NCBI GenBank assembly: GCA_965116025.1 | Contig: OZ220480.1 | Coordinates: forward strand, 992,001-1,056,000 | Source of the DNA: an uncultured candidatus Porisulfidus sp. | GTDB lineage: Bacteria; Pseudomonadota; Gammaproteobacteria; Poriferisulfidales; Poriferisulfidaceae | Direction of reading: 5' to 3' | Length of the DNA: 64,000 nucleotides | In this document: positions 9,134 to 19,056 of the stretch, in pieces | Layout: the number at the start of each line of letters is the position of its first letter | Numbering within the stretch: the stretch's first letter is position 1 | Program-made: the position numbers and the translations under genes | Notes under the pieces: generated by a model | The model's database searches: none | What the model saw: only the letters and a program-made list of their open reading frames with translations | What the model was told of the DNA's origin: nothing

Positions 9134-10003
9134 GTGTCGGGCAGCCCTCCGACGCGCCTCCAGAAACTCATCGCCCAAGCGGGGCTCGCCTCGCGCCGCG
9201 AGGCCGAGACGTGGATCAAGGAGGGAAGAGTCCAGGTCAACGGCAGGTTGGCCAGACTCGGAGACCGGGCCGTTTCGGATGACGAGGTGACGGTCGACGG
9301 GCGACCGATCCCGGAGGGCGAGAAGGCTTGCTTGGCGTTGGCTTATCACAAGCCCGTTGGGCAAATCACCAGTCGATCCGACCCACAGGGCCGCCCGACG
9401 GTTTTCGACGCGCTTCCCGAGCCTCCGCGGGGGCGCTGGATCGCCGTCGGGCGGCTGGATTTTCAGACTTCGGGTTTATTGCTGCTGACGACCGACGGGC
9501 AGCTGGCGAATCGCCTCATGCACCCGGGCGGACAGGTTCAGCGCCGCTATTTGGCTCGGGTCCGAGGCGAGCCGAGCCGGGAGCAGCTGGAACGCCTGGT
9601 CGCGGGCGTGCGACTGGAGGACGGGGTGGCGCGGTTCGAATACGCGCGCGCGAAGCGGGGCGAGGGGCGCAATCGCTGGCACGAGGTCGCTTTGCGCGAG
9701 GGGCGCAACCGCGAGGTGCGCAGGCTGTGGCGGGCGGTTGGCCTGGAAGTCGGACGCCTGATACGGATCGGTTATGGGCCGATCTCATTGTCCCGAGACC
9801 ATGCCGCGGGTGAGGCGCGTTGGCTGTCCGCCAAGGAAGTTCGGGCGTTGCGGGAAATCCGCGACGACGCGCGAGGGGGAGAGACGACGGTCAGAATGCC
9901 GACTGAATCCGTTCGTGGCAGGGCCGGGGATCATCGTCGGCTTGATCGGGGTTCCGAATCAAGGCGCGCAAGCGCTCCACCGCGTCCTCGAAGTCGTCAT
10001 TGA
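9134..10003 (+). CDS. rluB: 23S rRNA pseudouridine synthase B-type
   Basis: S4 domain RLQKLIAQAGLASRR, GRLD catalytic motif, EGRNREVRR; follows scpAB. Confidence 0.88.
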   Translation: MSGSPPTRLQKLIAQAGLASRREAETWIKEGRVQVNGRLARLGDRAVSDDEVTVDGRPIPEGEKACLALAYHKPVGQITSRSDPQGRPTVFDALPEPPRGRWIAVGRLDFQTSGLLLLTTDGQLANRLMHPGGQVQRRYLARVRGEPSREQLERLVAGVRLEDGVARFEYARAKRGEGRNRWHEVALREGRNREVRRLWRAVGLEVGRLIRIGYGPISLSRDHAAGEARWLSAKEVRALREIRDDARGGETTVRMPTESVRGRAGDHRRLDRGSESRRASAPPRPRSRH

Positions 10004-10499
10004 TCACGCAGTGCTCGAATTCCTGACAGCGCAGGATGTCAGAACGGGCCTGGGCTAGTCGCCGGGCGATTACGTGATCGGCGTCGGCGCCTCGGTCGCG
10101 CAGGCGCGCTTCCAGCGCCGCGAGAGAAGGCGGCAGAATGAAGATTCCGATGGCCTCGGGCGCTTTCCGTCGCACCAGCCGCGCGCCTTGCCAGTCGATC
10201 TCGAGAATCACGTCCAGATTCTCGCTCCGAAGTCGCTCCACCTCCGCGCGCGCGGTCCCGTACAGATGATCGAACACTTCCGCGCGCTCCAGAAATCCGT
10301 CCCGCTCGGCGATTCGCCCGAATTCCTCGGGCGTGACGAAGTGGTAATCCACCCCGTCTTTCTCTCCCTTTCGCATCGGGCGAGTCGTGTGGGAGACGCT
10401 GACCGCGAGACGTTCCTCCCGGCGCAGAAGCTCGCGGAGCAGGGAAGTCTTGCCGGCTCCGGACGGAGCGGTCACGATGAACAGTCGGCCCTCACTCAT
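9891..10499 (-). CDS. gmk: Guanylate kinase
   Basis: APSGAGKTS, SHTTRPMR.GE.DGVDYHF, LEIDWQGA. Confidence 0.95.
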   Translation of the reverse strand: MSEGRLFIVTAPSGAGKTSLLRELLRREERLAVSVSHTTRPMRKGEKDGVDYHFVTPEEFGRIAERDGFLERAEVFDHLYGTARAEVERLRSENLDVILEIDWQGARLVRRKAPEAIGIFILPPSLAALEARLRDRGADADHVIARRLAQARSDILRCQEFEHCVINDDFEDAVERLRALIRNPDQADDDPRPCHERIQSAF

Positions 10500-11385
10500 C
10501 GGTCTTCGCGCTGGAGGATTTCGGTTCTGGAGCGGAATCGGATTCCACGGTGTCCAGCTCCGCGTCCATTTCCTCTTCGCTCATGGGCCGAAACCGATTC
10601 TCTTCGGGAGCCTCGTCTCGTTTTCGGACCACGATCCTCGAGAATAGAATGCCGATCTCGTACAGCAACCACACCGGGATGGCGAGCAGGGTTTGGGAGA
10701 TGACGTCCGGTGGCGTCAGCAGCATGCCGATGACGAACGCGCCCACGATCACGTAGGGTCGAGCCTCGCGCAGGCGCTCGGGAGTGGTGAATCCCAAGAA
10801 GACCATGGCGACCGTGATGATCGGGACCTCGAACGCGATCCCGAAAGCCAAGAAAATCTTGACCACGAAATCCAAAAAGCGGTTAATGTCGGTCATGACC
10901 GCGACGCCCTCCGGCGCCGTGCTGACGAAGAAGCCGAACGCGAGCGGAAACACCACGAAATAGGCGAACGCCATGCCAAGATAGAACAGGACGATGCTGG
11001 ACAGAAGCACGGGACCTGCCAGGCGCTTCTCGCGCCGGTACAATCCCGGCGCGGCGAAGGCCCAAGCCTGATAGAGGGTGTACGGCACGGTGATCGTCAG
11101 CGCCAGCAACAGGGTGAGCTTGAACGGGGCGAGAAACGGAGAGGCCACGTCGATGGCGACCATCGTATGGCCTTCCGCGAGGCTGTCGAGCAACGGCGCG
11201 GCCAGCATGGTGTACAGCGTGTTGGCGAATGGCAATAACGCCAGCAACGCGACGCCGACCACGATCAGAGCGCGCAACAGACGGTCGCGCAGCTCGATCA
11301 GATGACCCAGAAAGGGCCGTTCTGGATCAGTTTTCTTCACGGCGCGGCGCGGCCCGCTCGCGAGCGGGGGCTTCTGACTGGACAT
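10492..11385 (-). CDS. tatC: Twin-arginine translocase subunit TatC
   Basis: HLIELRDRL, APGLYRREK, LTPPDVISQ. Confidence 0.95.
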   Translation of the reverse strand: MSSQKPPLASGPRRAVKKTDPERPFLGHLIELRDRLLRALIVVGVALLALLPFANTLYTMLAAPLLDSLAEGHTMVAIDVASPFLAPFKLTLLLALTITVPYTLYQAWAFAAPGLYRREKRLAGPVLLSSIVLFYLGMAFAYFVVFPLAFGFFVSTAPEGVAVMTDINRFLDFVVKIFLAFGIAFEVPIITVAMVFLGFTTPERLREARPYVIVGAFVIGMLLTPPDVISQTLLAIPVWLLYEIGILFSRIVVRKRDEAPEENRFRPMSEEEMDAELDTVESDSAPEPKSSSAKTDE

Positions 11386-11683
11386 CGCCCCGCTCTTCAA
11401 GCTGTTTCTCGATCGCGTCGACCAGGGGGGCGTCCGAGTCATCCTGATTCTGGACGATATCGCGCAATTCCTTGATTTCGTTTTGCTGTTGGCGCAGGAC
11501 TTCCTTGAGCTCTTCGGCCTGCAACTCCTGCTGGACGCTCTGGCGAAACTGGTGGGAGAGGCGCCGAAGGTTTCCCAGCCATTCGCCCACTTGAGCGGCG
11601 ACTCGGGGCAGGCGTTTGGGTCCGACCACGATCAGGCCCACGAGCATGACCAGAATCAGTTCCCAGAATCCAAAATCAAACAT
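11327..11683 (-). CDS. tatB: Twin-arginine translocase subunit TatB
   Basis: MFDFGFWEL...VVGPKRLP; directly upstream of tatC. Confidence 0.9.
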   Translation of the reverse strand: MFDFGFWELILVMLVGLIVVGPKRLPRVAAQVGEWLGNLRRLSHQFRQSVQQELQAEELKEVLRQQQNEIKELRDIVQNQDDSDAPLVDAIEKQLEERGDVQSEAPARERAAPRREEN

Positions 11684-11867
11684 GGCCAAGAGCCCGTCAC
11701 GACAAGTCCGCGCCTCAATATTATGACGCGCAATGGTTCCAGGGGAAACGTCGTCTCGGTTTTGAGCGTATGGGAGGGGAGATTCCGGCCTCGCCATCAA
11801 GGTTTCGGTGGCGATTGTTGTACAATTCTCCACCACGTATTTAACTCATCGTAATGAGGTGACCCAG

Positions 11868-14800
11868 ATGAAAGCCAGTCTTTCCGTTTCCAATATCATC
11901 CGCGCCGCGCTTCGCGGGGCTTCGTCGTCTTCCCGCATAGGGGGGGGGGGGGGGGGCATAGCCTCCATTTCCTGACCGTTCTGGCCGGATTCACGGCCAT
12001 TCTCGCGGTTCCGCACTCCGCCGTCGCGGTGAACGAGTGCGGCGCTACCAGCCCGGTCACCTGCGGCGACGCGAGTTACACCTCCACTAGCGACTCCCCG
12101 ATCAAGTATGAGAATCGGACCGGGGGGCTGACCTTGACCGTGAAGCCTTCCGGGGCGGGCACGGTCACCATCACTTCCAAGAAGCTTCCCGCGGACGATA
12201 CCGAGGAGTTCCCGGGGATCCACCTGGATGGGGAAGGCACCCTGAAAGTCGTTCTGGATGGCACCGTGAAAGTCGTGAACGGAGTGCCCCGAACGACGGT
12301 GGAGGCCACGTACGACGGAGAGAAGCAATCGTTCATTCGCCCGGAGCACAAGCGTGGTTCGCAAAACGACGGGGTGTACGTGGCGTACGACAAGGATGAC
12401 GACGCGGGGACAACGAAGGGCATGGTGGAGGTGATGGTGGGGAAGGGCGCGATGATCGGGAGCGCGACGGTGCCGGCGGGACGGTACGGGGTTCACGCCG
12501 CGTTCGTGGACGCGGACGGCGGCGGTTATCCGGCCGGGAAGCTCAAGGTGACGAACTCGGGGGAGATCTACGGTCATTTCGCGGGGATTTACGCGAAGCA
12601 CGACGGGGCGGGGGACATCGAGATCGAGACGTCGGAGGGGAGCGTGACGTCGATGGGGATCCGGGCGATCTCGAACAAGGCGAACCAAGCGGGTCGGGGC
12701 GGGAACGTCACGATTCGCCATCATGGCGCGATCATGGTGAAGAATCCGCCCCGGTACGCGGACGAGATCATGACGACGGGCGCGCTGACGACGGCCACGC
12801 CGGTGGAGATGGACAAAGTCAGCTTTGCCGACCGGCACCGAGCCGGGATCTACGTGGAGCATTGGGAAAAGGATGCGCCCACGGGCGCGAAGCCGAGCAG
12901 CTCGATCCTAGTCCAGTCGAGCGGTGATATCACCGCTTATGAGAACGGTAGCAAGGGCAGAAGCGCCATTTACGTCATCACGCGGGGAGCCTCCGGTTCC
13001 GTCGTGCCGGTCACGGTCGACGTGACGGGGGGCGTTCTGAGGGGGAGTGAATCGTTCGGGATTTACGTCTATCACGGGAACCACAAAGGCGGTTTGATCA
13101 AGGTGGACCTGGCGGGCGAGATCGCCCGGACGGGGAGCGGGATGAGGAACGGGAAGGATGGGATCGGGCTTTACCGGGGCTCCACGGTCGATCACGACGT
13201 CTCGGTTAATCGGGACATTGAGGTGACGCTGAGGTCCGGCGCGCGGATCGGAATGGAGGGAGACGAGCCGACCGTGGTCAGGGATGGCGTGAACGTTCGC
13301 CAGCAAGCGGACGGTGGGACGATCCGGGTGACCATCTCCGAGGGGGCGAGGATCGGGACTACGGGGACTCCGGTTGGCAGGCACGGCGTGTTCACTGATA
13401 CGGTCAACGCTGATGACGAGACTGACATCATGGTCACCAACGAAGGCTTCATCCACGCGAAGGGCTCGGGGATGGCCGCTTTGAATCTCGGTTGGGGCGA
13501 CGTGGTCGCGAAGCACTTGAAAGGCGAGATCGTCGTGGTCGACGCGCGCGATATCTTGGAATCCTTGATATCGGAGGATCACAAGCCGCAACTGGCGGAC
13601 CTGAAAGGCAGAACCGCCGGCGTTCTCGCCGTTCATGGGGGTGAGCGACCCCAAGCGGCTTCCGACGAGACGGCGGCCGACTATCGAGACCCTTCCACCT
13701 ACGAGGCCAAGATCGGGAAGATCGAGATCACGTCGAAAGCGGACATCACGTCGAAGGGCGACGGCATTCTCGCCTATGTGAAGGACTTGGACGACACGGC
13801 GGGGATACAGGGCATTGAGACGATCGTCCCGATCATGATCGATGTTTCAGGCGGAACGATCACGGCGGATGGGTATGGCGTGTACGCGGAGACGGCCACC
13901 ACCTACGAGGACGAGGACGCGCCGAAAGCCGGGAAGATTGAGGTCACGGTGGGAGAGATGGCGACGATCCGGGCCAAGAAGGATGGCGTTCACGTCAAGG
14001 GCAAGCGAACCTTCGCGTCCGACCACGCCCGGGCGGGTGAACACGACCAGACGGTCACGATCAACGGCAAGGTGATGGGCGGCGGTGGAGACCACGCCGG
14101 CGTTCGGATGGTGAACGGCGGGACGCTGGTGGTTGGGCCGAAGGCGAAGGTGGAGGCGGTGTCCGGGACCGCGGTGAGGTCGGACGGGGGGCTGACCATC
14201 ACCATGAAGAAGGACGCGGTCGGACGCATCGGCTACGTCAAGGGGAAGATGCTCAACAGTGGAACGACGACCTTCGATGGGGTGAAGGTGGGCGGGGAGT
14301 ACGCGCTCAGCCCGGGCCTCGAGACGCGCGGCGTGTACGACATTTCCAGAGTCACCCTGAAGACGATCGAGGGCGGGCACCAGTTCGAGGAGTCGGGTCG
14401 GGCGTATCACGCCCGGGCTCGGGTGTACGAGGCGTTGCCGTCGGTGCTGCTGGAGATGAGCGCGCCGGGCGGTCGTCAGGCGCGCTTGTCGGCGACGCGG
14501 GACGGCGCGGGCGTTTGGGCGCGGGTCATGGCGAGCGACGGCGAGCGCGAGGCGGATATGTCCACGACGGCGATGGACACGGCGGGGCATGATCTGTCTT
14601 GGGACTTCGAGCGCTGGGGCGTGGAGACGGGCATCGTCGTCCCCACGGACTTGCCGGGCGTGACGTTGGGCGCGAGCGCGCACTACCGTGACGGCGAGGC
14701 GGACGTCAAGCGTGGCGGGAAGATTGAGGTCTCGGGCGTGGGCGTGGGAGCTTCGGCGACCTGGCGGGGTGAGGACGGCTGGTACGCGGACGGGGAGCTC

Positions 14801-15310
14801 TCGTACACGCGTTTCGAGGACATTGATTTGAGTTCGGAGGCGCGTGGGATGGTGGCGTCCGGTCTGGACGGAGAGGGTCACGCGATCGGCGTGGAGGTCG
14901 GCAGGCGCATGGAGATGGACGGCTTCGCGCTGGTTCCGCGCGGGGGATTGACGTGGACTTGGGCGGACATTGACGGCTTCGACGACGTTTCGGGTGTCGA
15001 TGGGAGCGGTCAGGTGTCGTTCCGCTCCGAGGACAGCGTGCGCGCGCGGATCGGGGCGTTATTGGAGAACGGCCAGACGTACGCGTCATTGGACGTGGAG
15101 CGTGAGTTCTCGGAGAGTCGGGAGGCGATGGCGTCGGGAGCGCATCTGCGCTCGGAAGCGGAGTCCACGTGGGCGCGGATTGGCGTCGGGGGCGTGATGG
15201 TCTTGGATGAGAAGGGAGAGTCGACGCTCTCGGGGGACGCTCACTACGCGGCGTCGGATGGCGACAATCATGATTACGGCGCGAGCGTCCTGCTGAAGGT
15301 TCGCTTCTGA
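11868..15310 (+). CDS. Autotransporter (type Va) 1, frameshifted at a poly-G tract (phase-variable, OFF in this consensus)
   Basis: SD GAGGT + ATG 11868; G17 at 11940-11956; passenger ORF from 12029 with beta-helix-like repeats; C-terminal barrel (W.RV, LVPRGGLTW, terminal VRF). Confidence 0.85.
11940..11956 (+). repeat. Poly-G tract (G17)
   Basis: Counted directly; lies in signal-peptide coding region. Confidence 0.95.
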
Positions 15311-15321
15311 TGGGTTGTGAT

Positions 15322-15352
15322 CGCGGCCCCGGCGTTTCAAGCCGGGGCCGCG
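15322..15352 (+). terminator. GC-rich hairpin after autotransporter 1 (no U-tract)
   Basis: CGCGGCCCCGGC-gtttcaa-GCCGGGGCCGCG; homologous hairpin follows autotransporter 2. Confidence 0.55.
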
Positions 15353-15682
15353 TCAACCGCGCGCTTCGAAAGCCTTGGCGAGGCGCCAAGCCGCGGGCTC
15401 GCATGGTCGCGCGACCCAAACCGAGCATGATGGTCCGCTGTGAACTGATGACCGGGTTCCCCGACGCTATCACCGCCGTATCCGCTATCTGATCAGTTGG
15501 GCGCTACTCGGCCACTCGCTACTTTCGTCTCAACGCTGAGCTGACGCTCTCGTCAAGTCAGTGGAAAGGCGGCAATTGGGAAGCTGCCGAAGATCATCTG
15601 GGTTTTCAAGATTTTCTGATTCAGCGGTAGCGTTCGCGTCCGCGCGGAAATGTGGGTGCTCTTTCTCATGGCCTAAATGCCG

Positions 15683-16011
15683 TCACGTTTCACGTCGAGC
15701 TTTCTCTTCCAGCCCCGAGGTTCCGAAACGACGGCGCAATTCCTCTAGAACGTCGCGAGCGTCAAGGTCGCGCGAAGCTAGCAGGACCAAGGTGTGAAAC
15801 CACAGGTCCGCGACCTCATGCACGAGATGCTCGCGCTCGGCTTCGGCCGCCGCCACCGTCTCGGCCGCCTCTTCGGTGATTTTTGCCGTGATGGCGGGAG
15901 TTCCATCTCGATACAGCGCGGCGACGTAGGAGCGGTCGGGATCAGCCTCGCGGCGTTTCCGGAGCGTCTCCATCAATCGTTCCAAAACGCGTTCGGTATC
16001 GTCCGCTGAAT

Positions 16012-16015
<4 letters not shown>
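15683..16015 (-). CDS. hisE: Phosphoribosyl-ATP diphosphatase
   Basis: [35 protein letters not shown]. Confidence 0.92.
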
Positions 16016-16784
<769 letters not shown>

Positions 16785-16788
<4 letters not shown>

Positions 16789-17513
16789 GTGGCGGTCAGC
16801 GCCAGCGCCTGTTTGAGGTCAATGCTTCCTTCGTACAGGGCGCGCCCGATGATGGCGCCGCTGATGCCTTCGTCGGCGACGGCCTGAAGGGCCTTAATGT
16901 CGTCCAAGGCGCTAACGCCGCCGGACGCGATGATGGGAATGGGAAGGGCTTGGGCGAGCGCGACGGTGGATTCCACGTTGACCCCCTTCATCATGCCGTC
17001 CCGGCTGATGTCGGTGAAGATGATGGAAGCGACTCCTTCCTGAACGAAATGCTGGGCCAGATCGATGGCGTCGTGGTGGGACAGCTTGGACCAGCCGTCG
17101 GTGGCCACCTTGCCGTCCTTCGCGTCCAGCCCGACGATGATGTGGCCAGGGAATTCCAGGCATAGCTCTTCCACGAAATGGGGCTCGCGCACGGCGCGGG
17201 TGCCGATCACGGTGTAGCGGACCCCGATATCCAGATAGGTCTGGATGGCCTCCTCGCTTCGGATGCCGCCGCCGACCTGGATCGGGACGCCCGAGTGCTC
17301 CCGCGCGATTCGCTCAATGATCGAGATGTTGGCGGGCCGGCCTTCCCGGGCACCGTCCAGATCCACGATGTGCAGTCGTCGCGCGCCTTGGTCGATCCAG
17401 CGTCGCGCCATGCCGACGGGATCGTCCGAGAATATGGTCTCGTCGTCCATCCGCCCTTGGCGCAGGCGCACGCATCGCCCTTCCTTGATGTCGATCGCTG
17501 GGATGATTAGCAT
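16785..17513 (-). CDS. hisA: ProFAR isomerase
   Basis: [33 protein letters not shown]. Confidence 0.96.
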
Positions 17514-17533
17514 GGCGTGTCCGCCTCAAGGGC

Positions 17534-18172
17534 TCAGCGCCGCCCATCCCAGTGCAGAAAATTCCGCAACAACGTCAGGCCGTGCTCCCCGCTTTTCTCG
17601 GGGTGGCTCTGCATGGCGAACATTCGATTCTTGGCGACCGCCGAAGCGAATCGCACGACGTAGTCAGTGCGACCGACGATGGCTGCCTGGTCGCGCGGGG
17701 CCGTGTAGTAGCTATGCACGAAATAGAAATAACTGTGATCGGGAACGTCCTCCCACAGCGGATGGGGAGCCTGCCCGATGCGATTCCAGCCCATGTGCGG
17801 AATTTTGAATCCTTCGCCTTTCTCGACATGCGGAGCGAACGCTCGCGTTCCGCCAGCGAGCATCCCCAGGCAATCGACCCCGTCGTTTTCCTCGCTGTAT
17901 TCCATCAGAATCTGCATGCCCATGCAAATTCCGAGAAAGGGGCGGTCCCGGGCCGCGTTCCGAACCGCTTCGGCTAGGCCTTTCTCGCGCAGGGCGAGCA
18001 TGCAGTGCCGGGCGGCGCCTTGGCCCGGGAACACGACTCGGTCCGCTTGCTCAATGACCGAGGGCTCGGTCGCGACTCGAACGTCCGTGGAGGGGCCCGC
18101 CAGGCGGCATAGCGCGTTATGCACGGAACGGATATTGCCGAAACTGAAATCGACGATGGCGACGGTCTGCAT
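17534..18172 (-). CDS. hisH: Imidazole glycerol phosphate synthase subunit HisH
   Basis: FPGQG, GICMGMQ, PHMGWN, YFVHSY, HPEKSG. Confidence 0.95.
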   Translation of the reverse strand: MQTVAIVDFSFGNIRSVHNALCRLAGPSTDVRVATEPSVIEQADRVVFPGQGAARHCMLALREKGLAEAVRNAARDRPFLGICMGMQILMEYSEENDGVDCLGMLAGGTRAFAPHVEKGEGFKIPHMGWNRIGQAPHPLWEDVPDHSYFYFVHSYYTAPRDQAAIVGRTDYVVRFASAVAKNRMFAMQSHPEKSGEHGLTLLRNFLHWDGRR

Positions 18173-18193
18173 CGCGCGGCGGACAGTTCGTGG

Positions 18194-18784
18194 TTACAGC
18201 ACGCCTTTGGTCGAAGGGGTGCCGGTCTCCCGTGGATCCTGTTCCACGGCTATGCGCACGGCGCGGCCGAACGCCTTGAACGCGGTCTCGGCGATATGGT
18301 GGGCGTTGCTTCCGCGCAGGCCGTCGATATGCAGCGTGACCATGGCGTGGTTGGTGAATCCCTGAAAGAACTCGCGCACTAGATCTACGTCGAAATCCTG
18401 AATCCGAGCGCGCGGATACGGGACATGGTAGGTCAGGCCCGGGCGGCCGGAAAAATCGATGACGACCCGGGACAGCGCCTCGTCCAGAGGAACGTAGGCA
18501 TGACCGTAACGGCGGATGCCCTTCTTGTCGCCTAAAGCTTGTCGCGTGGCCTGGCCGAGCACGATGCCGATATCCTCGACGGTATGGTGCGCGTCGACCG
18601 AAAGGTCGCCGTCAGCTTGGACCTTGAGGTCCAGCAGGCCGTGGCGGGCGACCTGCTCCAGCATGTGCTCGAGAAAGGGGATTCCGGTCTGGAGGTCCGT
18701 TTGGCCGCTGCCGTCCAGATCGATCTCGATCTCGATCCGGGTCTCGCGGGTTTCGCGCTGAATGCGGGCGGTGCGGGCGCTCAT
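18194..18784 (-). CDS. hisB: Imidazoleglycerol-phosphate dehydratase
   Basis: [28 protein letters not shown]; start at ATG 18784. Confidence 0.95.
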   Translation of the reverse strand: MSARTARIQRETRETRIEIEIDLDGSGQTDLQTGIPFLEHMLEQVARHGLLDLKVQADGDLSVDAHHTVEDIGIVLGQATRQALGDKKGIRRYGHAYVPLDEALSRVVIDFSGRPGLTYHVPYPRARIQDFDVDLVREFFQGFTNHAMVTLHIDGLRGSNAHHIAETAFKAFGRAVRIAVEQDPRETGTPSTKGVL

Positions 18785-18852
18785 TGGAGGGTGAAGAGAT
18801 ACGGCGCGACTCCGCGCCATTCTACTATGCTCGCGGCGGGGAGGAACTAAGC

Positions 18853-18928
18853 TGGCGCGCCCGGCAGGATTCGAACCTGCGACCCCTGGCTCCGGAGGCC
18901 AGTGCTCTATCCACTGAGCCACGGGCGC
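18853..18928 (-). tRNA. tRNA-Arg(CCG)
   Basis: GCGCCCGTGGCTCAGTGGATAGAGCA-CTGGC-CTCCGGA-GCCAG-GGGTCGCAGGTTCGAATCCTGC-CGGGCGCG-CCA; 76 nt cloverleaf with encoded CCA. Confidence 0.95.
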
Positions 18929-19056
18929 GTCACAGGGCAATTATAGTGTCTCTTCCAAAGGTTCGCCCAATTCAACGCATATGCCGGAGGCGGCAAGATG
19001 TTTCCGGTCTGCTACAATTCCCCCGCGCATTTCACTTATCAAAAGAGGTGACCCAG

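Noticed and set aside
11868-15310. Calling the frameshifted autotransporters or R-M gene pseudogenes
   Set aside because: The only lesion is at a homopolymer and kilobases of downstream frame are intact; a homopolymer sequencing error remains possible
15353-15682. Possible ncRNA or 38-aa ORF between autotransporter 1 and hisE
   Set aside because: Only short CGCTA recurrences and weak hairpins; ORF lacks an SD and TatA features
18981-19056. ATG 18981 as start of an intact 1211-aa autotransporter
   Set aside because: No convincing SD, lies upstream of the conserved -10, and the equivalent frame in paralogue 1 is closed by TAA at 11852
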